Of a stretch of DNA of 64,000 nucleotides, positions 8,485 through 18,685 are shown piece by piece. The notes under the pieces are model-generated. The model ran no database searches. It worked only from the letters and a program-made list of their open reading frames with translations, and was not told the origin of the DNA. The stretch covers positions 3,414 to 67,413 of the forward strand of contig JAZLHI010000129.1 in assembly GCA_045616725.1 (NCBI GenBank), given 5' to 3'. Position 1 is the stretch's first letter. The number at the start of each line of letters is the position of its first letter. The stretch is from Prevotella sp. (lineage in GTDB: Bacteria; Bacteroidota; Bacteroidia; Bacteroidales; Bacteroidaceae). Position numbers and translations under genes: made by a program.

Positions 8485-8535
8485 TTTATTATTGTAAGCG
8501 GCTCAGAAATCTTCGCCCTACAATTGCATAAACAT

Positions 8536-9138
8536 TTATTCTATGCCGAAGAGGAGCTTGAGACCACCGTCAACGCCTGAGAAGCCCATGAAGGCGAGGC
8601 TGAGGAGGCCGGCAGTAACCATTGTGATTGCTACACCCTGCATACCCTTTGGCACCTTAACCATTGCAAGCTGTTCGCGGAGACCAGCGAAGACGATGAG
8701 TGCTACGCCGAAGCCGATGGCTGTAGAGAGTGCGTAAACGAGACTCTGTACGAGGTCGTAGTCCTTCTGGATAACAGCGATAGCTACACCAAGAACGGCG
8801 CAGTTTGTTGTGATCAATGGGAGGAACACGCCGAGAGCCTGATAGAGTGCAGGAGCAACCTTCTTCAGGATGATCTCAACCATCTGCACGAGAGAAGCGA
8901 TGACGAGGATGAAAGAGATAGTCTGAAGGTATTCAAGTCCAAGTGGATTCAACACGAAAATCTGTACGAGGTAAGTCACCAATGTAGCGAGCACGAGCAC
9001 GAAAGCTACTGCGCCGCTCATACCGATGGCAGTGTTTACCTTCTGTGATACGCCAAGGAATGGGCAGATACCCAAGAACTGTGACAACACGATGTTGTTC
9101 ACGAAGATGGCGGTAATGAAAATAAGTATATATTCCAT
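8536..9138 (-). CDS. rnfA: Rnf electron transport complex subunit A
   Basis: MEYILIFITAIFVNNIVLSQFLGICPFLGVS... is a typical RnfA/RsxA polytopic protein. Start at ATG 9138; the longer ORF N-terminus is encoded by an inserted repeat. Confidence 0.9.
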   Translation of the reverse strand: MEYILIFITAIFVNNIVLSQFLGICPFLGVSQKVNTAIGMSGAVAFVLVLATLVTYLVQIFVLNPLGLEYLQTISFILVIASLVQMVEIILKKVAPALYQALGVFLPLITTNCAVLGVAIAVIQKDYDLVQSLVYALSTAIGFGVALIVFAGLREQLAMVKVPKGMQGVAITMVTAGLLSLAFMGFSGVDGGLKLLFGIE

Positions 9139-9142
9139 AATT

Positions 9143-9296
9143 AAGACCCCCTCTAACTCCCCCACAGGGGGGAGGACTTTTTAATTAGACTTGCTAATTA
9201 TGGGGAAAAAGTCTTACATTTTCTTAAAATAGACCGAACCTCAAAAGGTAATATCTTTAAGCCTCCCCCCCGTGGGGGAGGTTTGGAGGGGGTCTT
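9143..9296. mobile_element. MITE-like insertion with GC-rich hairpin terminal inverted repeats
   Basis: Left end is aagaccccctctaactcccccacaggggggagg. The reverse complement of the right end is aagaccccctccaaacctcccccacgggggggaggc. An AT-rich ~85-bp core lies between. It fills the rnfE-rnfA intergenic gap. Confidence 0.6.
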
Positions 9297-9880
9297 TACT
9301 TCTTCACAACCTTATTCCAAAGTGCTGTGAGGTAGCCGAGAGTGATGAATGCTCCAGGAGGCATTACGAACATGAGCATGTTGAGCTGCTCTGGGAGGAG
9401 AGTAACGCCGAAGATGGAACCTGCACCGAGAATCTCACGAGCTGCACCGAGGAGTGTAAGACCGAGTGTGAAACCAAGACCGATACCAACACCGTCGAAG
9501 AGTGAGTCGATAGGGTTATTCTTGCAAGCGAAACCTTCTGCACGACCGAGGATGATACAGTTCACCACGATAAGTGGGATGAAGAGACCGAGGCTCTTGT
9601 CGAGGTCTGGAAGGTAAGCCTTGATGACCATCTGGAGGATTGTCACGAGAGATGCGATGACAACGATGAACACTGGTATGCGCACCATGTCAGGTGTGAG
9701 CTTCTTGATGCATGAGATGATGATGTTTGAGCAGATAAGCACAGCCATCGTTGCCAAGCCCATCGACATACCGTTCATGGCAGATGTGGTAGTACCCAAG
9801 GTAGGACACATACCGAGGAGGAGAACAAAGGTAGGGTTCTCCTTTATTATGCCGTTGAGGATTATTTTAACTGGATTCAT
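9296..9880 (-). CDS. rnfE: Rnf complex subunit E
   Basis: NPTFVLLLGMCPTLGTTTSAMNGMSMGLAT... is typical RnfE. Confidence 0.9.
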   Translation of the reverse strand: MNPVKIILNGIIKENPTFVLLLGMCPTLGTTTSAMNGMSMGLATMAVLICSNIIISCIKKLTPDMVRIPVFIVVIASLVTILQMVIKAYLPDLDKSLGLFIPLIVVNCIILGRAEGFACKNNPIDSLFDGVGIGLGFTLGLTLLGAAREILGAGSIFGVTLLPEQLNMLMFVMPPGAFITLGYLTALWNKVVKK

Positions 9881-9920
9881 AATATCATTTGATGATTTTA
9901 TGATTTGACGATTTTTTTAT

Positions 9921-10535
9921 TTATTTCTGTGCTGTTGCGCTTGTCTGACCATCAGCATTGTCTTTGTTAGAGATAGCCTGGTAAGCATTGTTTACAGCGA
10001 GAAGGAATGCACGAGAAGTGATGGTAGAAGCTGTGATGGCATCTACTTCACCACCATCCTTGCTTACAGTGAGAGGAGAAGAAGGAGTCTTTCCGATGAT
10101 GTTACCCTTCTGACCTTCCTGGAACCAAGTGTCAGCCTTTGCACCGAGACCTGGAGTTTCTGCATGAGCGAGGAGAGAGTAACCGAGAATCTTTCCTTCC
10201 TTGTCGAAACCAACCATGATCTTGAGGTCGCCGCCGAAGCCGCCAGAAGTTGATTCTACAGCAGTACCAACCCATTCGCCGCCAGCGATAGCCTTGTGGA
10301 GAACGAAAGCATAGTCCTTGCCACCGATGTTGAGAGTAGTCTCCTCGTCCTTGATCTCGTCAGACTTAACGCCTGGGAGAACGGCAGCGATGGCCTCCTG
10401 AGTATTCTTTTCGTTGATAGCCTTGATGGCTGGAGTAGTCACTTGGTTAACGTATGCAAGGACAACACCCATAACTACTGCTACGCCAACGAGTACGAGC
10501 ACCATGTTGGTGATAGATGATTTTAATTTCTGCAT
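9921..10535 (-). CDS. rnfG: Rnf complex subunit G (FMN-binding)
   Basis: N-terminal TM helix, FMN_bind-type domain and flavinylation-type motif DAITASTITS. Confidence 0.85.
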   Translation of the reverse strand: MQKLKSSITNMVLVLVGVAVVMGVVLAYVNQVTTPAIKAINEKNTQEAIAAVLPGVKSDEIKDEETTLNIGGKDYAFVLHKAIAGGEWVGTAVESTSGGFGGDLKIMVGFDKEGKILGYSLLAHAETPGLGAKADTWFQEGQKGNIIGKTPSSPLTVSKDGGEVDAITASTITSRAFLLAVNNAYQAISNKDNADGQTSATAQK

Positions 10536-10548
10536 CTTATGGTCCTCC

Positions 10549-11547
10549 TTATTTCTTTACTACTTCGCCGTAGCGCTTTGGTTTAACGTATGTGTTGATG
10601 AGCGGTGTGAACGCGTTCATGATAAGGATTGCGAACGACATACCCTCTGGATATGCACCCCAGTTACGGATACAAACAGTGAGAACACCGATGCAAACAC
10701 CGTAAATGATCTGACCCTTTGAAGACATTGGTGAAGTAACATAGTCAGTAGCCATGAAGATAGCACCGAGAAGGAGACCACCAGTGAGGATCTCATAGAT
10801 TGGGTTTACATAGTGAGTAGAGTCGCAAAGCCACATAAGACCGCTGAACACGGCTACTGTACCGATGATAGATACAGGGATGTGCCATGTGATGATCTTC
10901 TTCCAGAGCATGTAAGCAAGTCCGATGAGGAGTGCGAGAGCGCAAACTTCACCGATAGTACCTGCACCAAGACCGTTCTCAGGGTTGCCGAGGAGGAGAT
11001 CCATAGCGTTTGGCATCTGCTCAATAGCAGTTGTGTCGCCCTTTGCAATGCGCTTGAAGAGAGAAAGAGGTGTAGCACCAGTCTCTGCATCAAGGTAAGC
11101 GCCGTATTGACCAGCTACTGGCCAAGAAGTCATCTGCACAGGGAAGCTGACGAGAAGGAAGCAACGGCCAACGAGAGCTGGGTTGAAAGGATTGCAACCG
11201 AGACCGCCGAAAGACATCTTGCCAACACCGATAGCTACGAGAGCGCCGATGATGATAATCCAGATTGGAAGGTTTGAAGGAAGGTTGAAGCCGAGAAGAA
11301 GACCGGTGAGGATAGCTGAACCGTCAGTGATTCTTGGCTCCTGCTTCATGATGAACTTCTGTATTGCCCACTCGAAAAGAACGCAGGCAGCCACACTTGT
11401 GGCACAGACTACAACAGAGCCCAGTCCGAAGAAATAGAACGAAGCGAGCAATGCTGGCACCAACGCAATAATAACGCCGTACATATTCTTCTCGACCGAA
11501 TCGTTAGAATGTGCGTGTGGTGAAAGTGAAACTATTAGTTTTCCCAT
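10549..11547 (-). CDS. rnfD: Rnf complex subunit D
   Basis: SLSPHAHSNDSV... polytopic NqrB/RnfD-type protein with the TDYVTSP flavinylation-region motif. Confidence 0.9.
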   Translation of the reverse strand: MGKLIVSLSPHAHSNDSVEKNMYGVIIALVPALLASFYFFGLGSVVVCATSVAACVLFEWAIQKFIMKQEPRITDGSAILTGLLLGFNLPSNLPIWIIIIGALVAIGVGKMSFGGLGCNPFNPALVGRCFLLVSFPVQMTSWPVAGQYGAYLDAETGATPLSLFKRIAKGDTTAIEQMPNAMDLLLGNPENGLGAGTIGEVCALALLIGLAYMLWKKIITWHIPVSIIGTVAVFSGLMWLCDSTHYVNPIYEILTGGLLLGAIFMATDYVTSPMSSKGQIIYGVCIGVLTVCIRNWGAYPEGMSFAILIMNAFTPLINTYVKPKRYGEVVKK

Positions 11548-11585
11548 AAAATCATTTAAGATTTGATGATTTGATGATTCTTGAT

Positions 11586-12938
11586 TTATTTTTTCGCAGC
11601 TCTTGCGCGAATGATACCCATAACAGCACCCTTACCCTGAAGGATATTGTCAAGGAGTGGACGGTGAGAAGGGCAAGTGAACTGGCATGAACCACATGCG
11701 ATACAAGAAACGATGTCTTCTTCCTCGCACTTGTCATACAGCTTCATTGCGCTTGCTGTAGAAAGGAGATAAGGCTCAAGACCCATTGGACAAGCGCCTA
11801 CGCACTTTGCACAACGGATACATGGATCAGCTTCCTTACGAACAGCCTCTTCGCCAGAGATTACTGTGATAGAGTTTACACCCTTACCTACAGCTACCTC
11901 AAGGTTTGTTACAGCCTTACCCATCATAGGACCGCCTGAGAGCACCTTGTTGTTGCCGTCTGGAAGACCGCCACAAACATCGATGAGCTGCTGGAAAGGA
12001 GTACCCATACGAACGAGGAAGTTGCCTGGCTTCTCAAGTTTCTTACCAGTAACTGTTGTGTAACGCTCGAAGAGAGGCTTGTTCTTCATAACTGCCTCAT
12101 AGACAGCGTATGCAGTACCAACGTTCTGAACGATAGCGCCTACATGGATAGGGAGTGCTGGAGGAGCAGGAACCTGACGACGGATAACAGCGTCGATGAG
12201 CTGCTTCTCACCACCCTGTGGATATTTCTTTGCGAGAGCAACAACCTCAATGTTAGGAATTGAAGCACACTTGTCAGCGAGAAGTTCGATGGCAGCAGGC
12301 TTGTTGTCCTCGATACCGATGTAACCCTTTTCTACCTTTGCTGCCTTCATGAGAAGCTTTGTACCTTCGATGATCTGGTCAGCCTTCTCCATCATGAGAC
12401 GATAGTCGGCAGTGATGTAAGGCTCACACTCTACAGCGTTGATGATAACGCACTCAGCCTTGCTTCCTGGAGGAGGAGCAAGCTTGATATGAGTAGGGAA
12501 ACGTGCACCACCCATACCTACGATACCAGCTTCCTTAACCTTTGCGATGATAGATTCCGGTGTGAGTTCTGGGTGCTGGTCGAGAGTTTCGAGCTTGTCA
12601 GAGCGGTCAATCTTCTCATCCCACTCATCGCCTTCTACATTAATAATAATAGCAGGAGTGCGACGACCGTCAGCATCAAGCACAGTGTCAACCTTGAGAA
12701 CTGTTCCTGAAACGCCTGAGTGGATGTTAGCACACATAAAGCCACTAACCTCTGCAATCATCTGACCAACCTTCACCTTGTCGCCCTTTGCAACGATAGG
12801 CTTGGCAGGAGCACCGATGTGCTGAGTGAGAGGGTAGATGGCCTGCTTTGGAAGTTCGGCAACAACTGTAGGAACTTCATGGGTGATCTTGTTCTCCTCT
12901 GGATGAACACCACCAATTCTAAATGTCTTTACATTCAT
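11586..12938 (-). CDS. rnfC: Rnf complex subunit C
   Basis: N-terminal RnfC barrel, GMGGARFPTH NADH/FMN region and two 4Fe-4S motifs (CIRCAKCVGACP, CIACGSCQFTCP). Confidence 0.9.
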   Translation of the reverse strand: MNVKTFRIGGVHPEENKITHEVPTVVAELPKQAIYPLTQHIGAPAKPIVAKGDKVKVGQMIAEVSGFMCANIHSGVSGTVLKVDTVLDADGRRTPAIIINVEGDEWDEKIDRSDKLETLDQHPELTPESIIAKVKEAGIVGMGGARFPTHIKLAPPPGSKAECVIINAVECEPYITADYRLMMEKADQIIEGTKLLMKAAKVEKGYIGIEDNKPAAIELLADKCASIPNIEVVALAKKYPQGGEKQLIDAVIRRQVPAPPALPIHVGAIVQNVGTAYAVYEAVMKNKPLFERYTTVTGKKLEKPGNFLVRMGTPFQQLIDVCGGLPDGNNKVLSGGPMMGKAVTNLEVAVGKGVNSITVISGEEAVRKEADPCIRCAKCVGACPMGLEPYLLSTASAMKLYDKCEEEDIVSCIACGSCQFTCPSHRPLLDNILQGKGAVMGIIRARAAKK

Positions 12939-12954
12939 TATGTCGAGCCTCCTA

Positions 12955-13965
12955 TTATTTCTTGTTATACTTGATTACTACGAGTGGACGTGGATTTGCC
13001 ACCTGCTTTGCACCCTGAACAGGGTATGAAGGCATGTTAGGGATGTCTGCCTTTGGAGCAGCTGGCTTTGCAGGAGCAGCAGTTGCAGCTGGCTTGACAC
13101 CGGCAACAGAAGCAGCTGGCTTAGCAGCAGCGGCAGCCTTCTGTGGGAAACCTACAGCGTGGATAGCGCCAGTTGGACATTCCATAACGCACTTCTTACA
13201 GAGCTTACACTTAGTGAAGTCGATGTATGCCACGTTGTTCTCGACAGTGATAGCCTCGAACTTACAGTTCTTTGCACACTTGCCACAGCCGATACAAGCG
13301 GCAGCGCAAGCCTTCTTTGCAATAGCACCCTTGTCCTTGTTTACGCAGCTAACGAAAACGCGACGGTTCTTTGGACCCTTGTTGCGGAGCTCGATGATGT
13401 TGCGTGGACAAGCCTTGGCGCAGGCACCACAGGCAACACACTTCTCTTCGTCAACCTCAGGAAGTCCTGTTTCCTCATTGATGTGGATAGCGTCGAATGT
13501 ACAAGCTGTAACACAGTCGCCGCAGCCAAGACATCCGTAAGCGCAGGCAGTCTCACCAGCACCGCAACTGTTCATCGCAGCACAAGTGCGCAAGCCGCTG
13601 TACTCCACAACCTTTGGACGGTTTTCACATGTGCCGTTACAACGAACGACAGCAACCTTTGGTTCGCCATTGGCAACAGCCATACCGAGGAGGTCTGCCA
13701 CCTTGCCCATGCAGTCCGAACCACCGACAGGACACATCAGTCCGTCGAGAGAACCAGCATCAGCACCCTTTACGAGCGCATCAGCCATACCCGAACAACC
13801 AGGGAAGCCGCAACCACCGCAGTTTGCACCCGGCAGAAGCTCAGCAACCTGAGCGATTCGAGGGTCTTCGTAAACAGCAAACTTCTTTGAGCACACGAAA
13901 AGGATGACCGCTGCCACCAATCCGATGCCTCCAAGAACGAGTACTGCTGAAAGAATTGGATCCAT
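12955..13965 (-). CDS. rnfB: Rnf complex subunit B (polyferredoxin) with an Ala/Pro-rich C-terminal tail
   Basis: TM helix, CGGCGFPGC cluster and several CxxCxxCxxxCP motifs. The tail is KAAAAAKPAASVAGVKPAATAAPAKPAAPK. Confidence 0.9.
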   Translation of the reverse strand: MDPILSAVLVLGGIGLVAAVILFVCSKKFAVYEDPRIAQVAELLPGANCGGCGFPGCSGMADALVKGADAGSLDGLMCPVGGSDCMGKVADLLGMAVANGEPKVAVVRCNGTCENRPKVVEYSGLRTCAAMNSCGAGETACAYGCLGCGDCVTACTFDAIHINEETGLPEVDEEKCVACGACAKACPRNIIELRNKGPKNRRVFVSCVNKDKGAIAKKACAAACIGCGKCAKNCKFEAITVENNVAYIDFTKCKLCKKCVMECPTGAIHAVGFPQKAAAAAKPAASVAGVKPAATAAPAKPAAPKADIPNMPSYPVQGAKQVANPRPLVVIKYNKK

Positions 13966-14013
13966 AATGTATTGTTTTTAGTTTTTAGTTTTCTGTTTTT
14001 GGTTTAGAGTTTT

Positions 14014-14427
14014 TCACTGTCTCAGTTCAAACTTCAGGGTTTGCTTCAGCTTTTCCCTGAAGAATATCAGGCAGATGAAATATACTGCGAGCGAACCTAA
14101 GCCGAGAAATACGGACAGGAGTTCGTCTTTCGTTATCAATGCCGTTGCGATTGACGCAATCATCATGATGATCATTGGCAGGACAGCACCGTAGAATACA
14201 GCGATGAAGCCTATCTTCTGGTTTGCCATGACTACTACATTGTCGCCTACAGCATAGTCTGAAGCATTTGCACATTCCACATCCACAACCTTTTCCTTGC
14301 TTTCGGAAGCGTTGCAATGTCCTTTAGCTTCGCAATGGGCACAAGCAGACTGCTGTACAAACTGAATCTGCACAACATTTCCCTTAATGCTTTTCACAAC
14401 ACCGTCATGTCTAATCTTGGCACCCAT
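14014..14427 (-). CDS. rseC: RseC/MucC-family (SoxR-reducing system) protein
   Basis: CAHCEAKGHC Cys cluster, two C-terminal TM helices, and position directly upstream of rnfB. Confidence 0.75.
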   Translation of the reverse strand: MGAKIRHDGVVKSIKGNVVQIQFVQQSACAHCEAKGHCNASESKEKVVDVECANASDYAVGDNVVVMANQKIGFIAVFYGAVLPMIIMMIASIATALITKDELLSVFLGLGSLAVYFICLIFFREKLKQTLKFELRQ

Positions 14428-14472
14428 AAATTGTTTTCTATATCTTTAGAAAAAGATGTTCAATAATCGGTG

Positions 14473-14480
14473 CAAAGTTA
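14473..14480 (-). promoter_or_regulatory. -7 box TAACTTTG (rseC-rnf operon promoter)
   Basis: Reverse complement of caaagtta. A TTTG lies 20 nt further upstream, matching the Bacteroidota -33/-7 layout. Confidence 0.65.
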
Positions 14481-14621
14481 ACACTTTTTAAGGTAAACTG
14501 CAAACTAAAGTTGTCAAAATACATTCATTATTGAAATAAAACTATTATTTTCATGAAAAAAGAGAAAATAATCAAAATTAGGTATAAGATTTTCGCTGTT
14601 TACCTGTTTATATGCGTGATC

Positions 14622-14657
14622 CAAAAACAACTGGCCTCGACTTCACGTCGAGGCCAG
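14622..14657 (-). terminator. Intrinsic terminator
   Basis: Minus strand: ctggcctcgacg-tgaa-gtcgaggccag followed by ttgttttt. Confidence 0.8.
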
Positions 14658-14726
14658 TCTCACAATAATATTAACCTACTTATTAACTTTAGAGGCGGCT
14701 ACTATCTTCACCACCGAAATGATTCT

Positions 14727-16136
14727 TTAGAAATGTATTGAAACTGCAACGTTCATGCGTTCAAGTTTCACGTCAGAACTCTTGCTGATGTTGTTGAGTC
14801 CTGTACCCTTTGTGATACGTACCTGAAGGCCTTCAATCGAGAGACCACCACCATATTCAAGAGTTGCGCCAAACTTGTTGTAGCCCATATCGCCATAAGC
14901 GTCTGAGATGCTGATGTCTTTGAAATCAGGGTCAGATTCTACGTTTGCTCTCAATGATGCAGATGCGCTGAGAGTGTAGTCAATGCCGAGACCACCAAAA
15001 GCGAAGATGCGGAAGCGCTTGCCAAGATGGAGGCTGTATTCTGCATGTAGAGGAATGTAGATGTCGTGTTCCTGGAGTGTGGCCTTGCATTTACCTGTTT
15101 CGTTGAATCTTTCTGGAACAGCGTAACTTGTAGATGTGTCGTAATAGTATTCGTAGTAGATACCAGTGTTGAACCCGAAACCATGGTCAAACTGTGGGTT
15201 GTACCTTGCTCCGACCTGAACACCAGACATGCCGCTTGACTTCCACCAACCGTGCTTGTCGCCATTCTTCTCCTTGAAACTCTTCTGGGTATAAGCGAGA
15301 CTGATACCCCATGGATAGCGATGAAGAGGTGAGTTCCAAGGAAGCTTTATGTGCTTCTCTTCTATATTATTGCCAATCACACCGTGAGTGATTTGCATGC
15401 GATAACGGTATGTAGGGGCATATACATATTTTCTCTGGGTTGTAGGAGTAGATTCACCAGAGGTGTTTATCTTGATGTCACCAGTCTGCGACTCGTATGG
15501 GGCGAGTTCGTATTCCACTTCTGCATAGTCTGCTATAGGACAAGTCTTTTCGTCCTTGAGAGCATTGCCAGAAGGAGCCCAACCTACGATACCCTTGTCA
15601 AAATAGTATTTCGCTCTAAGGTAATCCTTCTTGTTGAGCTTGAGGAAAAGTGTAGGGAGGTACTTCACTGCTTTCTTGTTGCCCTTATTGTATGCCAACT
15701 CATAATATGCGATGGCCTTTGTTAAGCGTTCCTGGTTATCGGTAGTGAAAAGCATCTCTGGCTCAAGCGATTCTCTGTAGAGATCGCCCAAACGTGTATT
15801 CATTTCTGCCTTGTCATCCCAGAAGAATTCCTGAACATAAACGGCAGCCTTTTCCACTCCGAATTCTTCACGGAAGAGATCGCAAACTTCTTCTGCGATC
15901 GTTTCGTTTTTCTTGTTCTCCTTTTTGTAAGCTTTTTTGTACCACTCGATAGCCTTTTCTACATCCTTGTTGGTGCCGATTCCTTTTCGGAGCATTGTGG
16001 CAACGTCGTGCATTGCGTTGACGTTGCCTGACTGAGCCTTTTCCAGTGTTGTTGTAAAAACATTGTTGTCAGTCTGTCCGAGTGCGATGATACATGATAG
16101 CAGTGCGAAGAAGAGAGTCGTAATTCTCTTTGTCAT
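14727..16136 (-). CDS. Outer-membrane protein: Sel1/TPR-like N-terminal repeats plus a C-terminal beta-barrel
   Basis: Signal peptide MTKRITTLFFALLSCIIALGQ, Sel1-like AIEWYKKAYKK and AIAYYELAYNKGN, and an alternating aromatic/Gly C-terminal half ending in F. Confidence 0.6.
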   Translation of the reverse strand: MTKRITTLFFALLSCIIALGQTDNNVFTTTLEKAQSGNVNAMHDVATMLRKGIGTNKDVEKAIEWYKKAYKKENKKNETIAEEVCDLFREEFGVEKAAVYVQEFFWDDKAEMNTRLGDLYRESLEPEMLFTTDNQERLTKAIAYYELAYNKGNKKAVKYLPTLFLKLNKKDYLRAKYYFDKGIVGWAPSGNALKDEKTCPIADYAEVEYELAPYESQTGDIKINTSGESTPTTQRKYVYAPTYRYRMQITHGVIGNNIEEKHIKLPWNSPLHRYPWGISLAYTQKSFKEKNGDKHGWWKSSGMSGVQVGARYNPQFDHGFGFNTGIYYEYYYDTSTSYAVPERFNETGKCKATLQEHDIYIPLHAEYSLHLGKRFRIFAFGGLGIDYTLSASASLRANVESDPDFKDISISDAYGDMGYNKFGATLEYGGGLSIEGLQVRITKGTGLNNISKSSDVKLERMNVAVSIHF

Positions 16137-16239
16137 AATGAGGCTAGTTTTTATTGTGAATTTTTGATAGTTTTTTTGCGTGTTTCACGCTATCTGCTTC
16201 TGTGCGCTTCGCTTGCGCATTTTAGTTTTTTTGTTGATG

Positions 16240-16247
16240 CAAAATTA
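16240..16247 (-). promoter_or_regulatory. -7 box TAATTTTG
   Basis: Reverse complement of caaaatta, about 100 nt upstream of ATG 16136. Confidence 0.5.
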
Positions 16248-16400
16248 AGAAAATCTTTTGGTGCACACAAATATTTGTGCGATATTCTGTGTTTTTTTCT
16301 TTTTTCTAGAACTATTTTTGCAAACAAAATGTATAGCATGTTGCAAATTGCCAAAATTCATGTTGCAAACAAGCAAAAAGGCGGTAAAGAGTGATATATG

Positions 16401-16455
16401 GCAAGAAAATGGGTGTGTGGGCGCACAGTTTTTGTACTATGTGTCCACACACCCA
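16401..16455 (-). terminator. Intrinsic terminator
   Basis: 11-bp stem tgggtgtgtgg/ccacacaccca, followed on the minus strand by ttttcttgc. Confidence 0.65.
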
Positions 16456-16511
16456 TTCGGCGTTTTGAGGCGAAATGTTCTTCTTTAAGAGGTTTGGTTA
16501 TCGGCTTTTTG

Positions 16512-18257
<1,746 letters not shown>

Positions 18258-18467
18258 TCATTTAGAAAGAAAAATAATCACATTTTATATATAATAATGT
18301 ACGTAAGAGCGGCACTTTCATAATGAAACAGCAAGGAAAACGACTCAAAACCTCAAGGAAACGCATCAAAAGTCTAGGCATTTTGATGCAAAAGTCCCAC
18401 GATTTTGAGGCAATACAGAATGAATTGCTCTCTCTTGCGCTTTTATCCAATTCAGAATGAATTCCTA

Positions 18468-18682
18468 TTTTACCCGTCATCCGTCACTTTTCTATGTAAC
18501 TGTCTGTATATTAGGGTGTTATCCGGTGACGGGTGAATTCCGATCCGTCACTTCCCGTCACCATCCATTACATTTAGTGATGGATGGTGATAGGAGGGTG
18601 ATGGGTTGTTATTACCCATCACGTGCTTAATCTTTTGAAAACCAATAGGTTAGAGCGTAAAAGTGACGGGTGACGGGTAAAA
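18468..18682. repeat. Word-hairpin element, GTGAYGG type (core); homology extends left to about 18262
   Basis: 24-bp terminal inverted repeat ttttacccgtcatccgtcactttt / aaaagtgacgggtgacgggtaaaa (1 mismatch). Three internal hairpins are built from the same words. Confidence 0.8.
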
Positions 18683-18685
18683 CGC

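Noticed and set aside
2317-8535. Calling the R-M block a bona fide mobile genomic island
   Set aside because: Its AT-richness and repeat-rich flanks are suggestive. However, I found no integrase, transposase, tRNA target or clear direct-repeat boundaries in the window. Mobility therefore remains only a hypothesis in the findings.
8536-9165. Longer rnfA start (MGELEGVLIMEYIL...)
   Set aside because: The extra 9 codons are encoded by the terminal inverted repeat of the inserted MITE-like element. RnfA proteins begin at the MEYIL-type sequence.
13159-13890. 243-aa plus-strand ORF, with several 80-170-aa ORFs nearby
   Set aside because: They are antisense to rnfB, whose Cys-cluster motifs make the minus-strand reading unambiguous.
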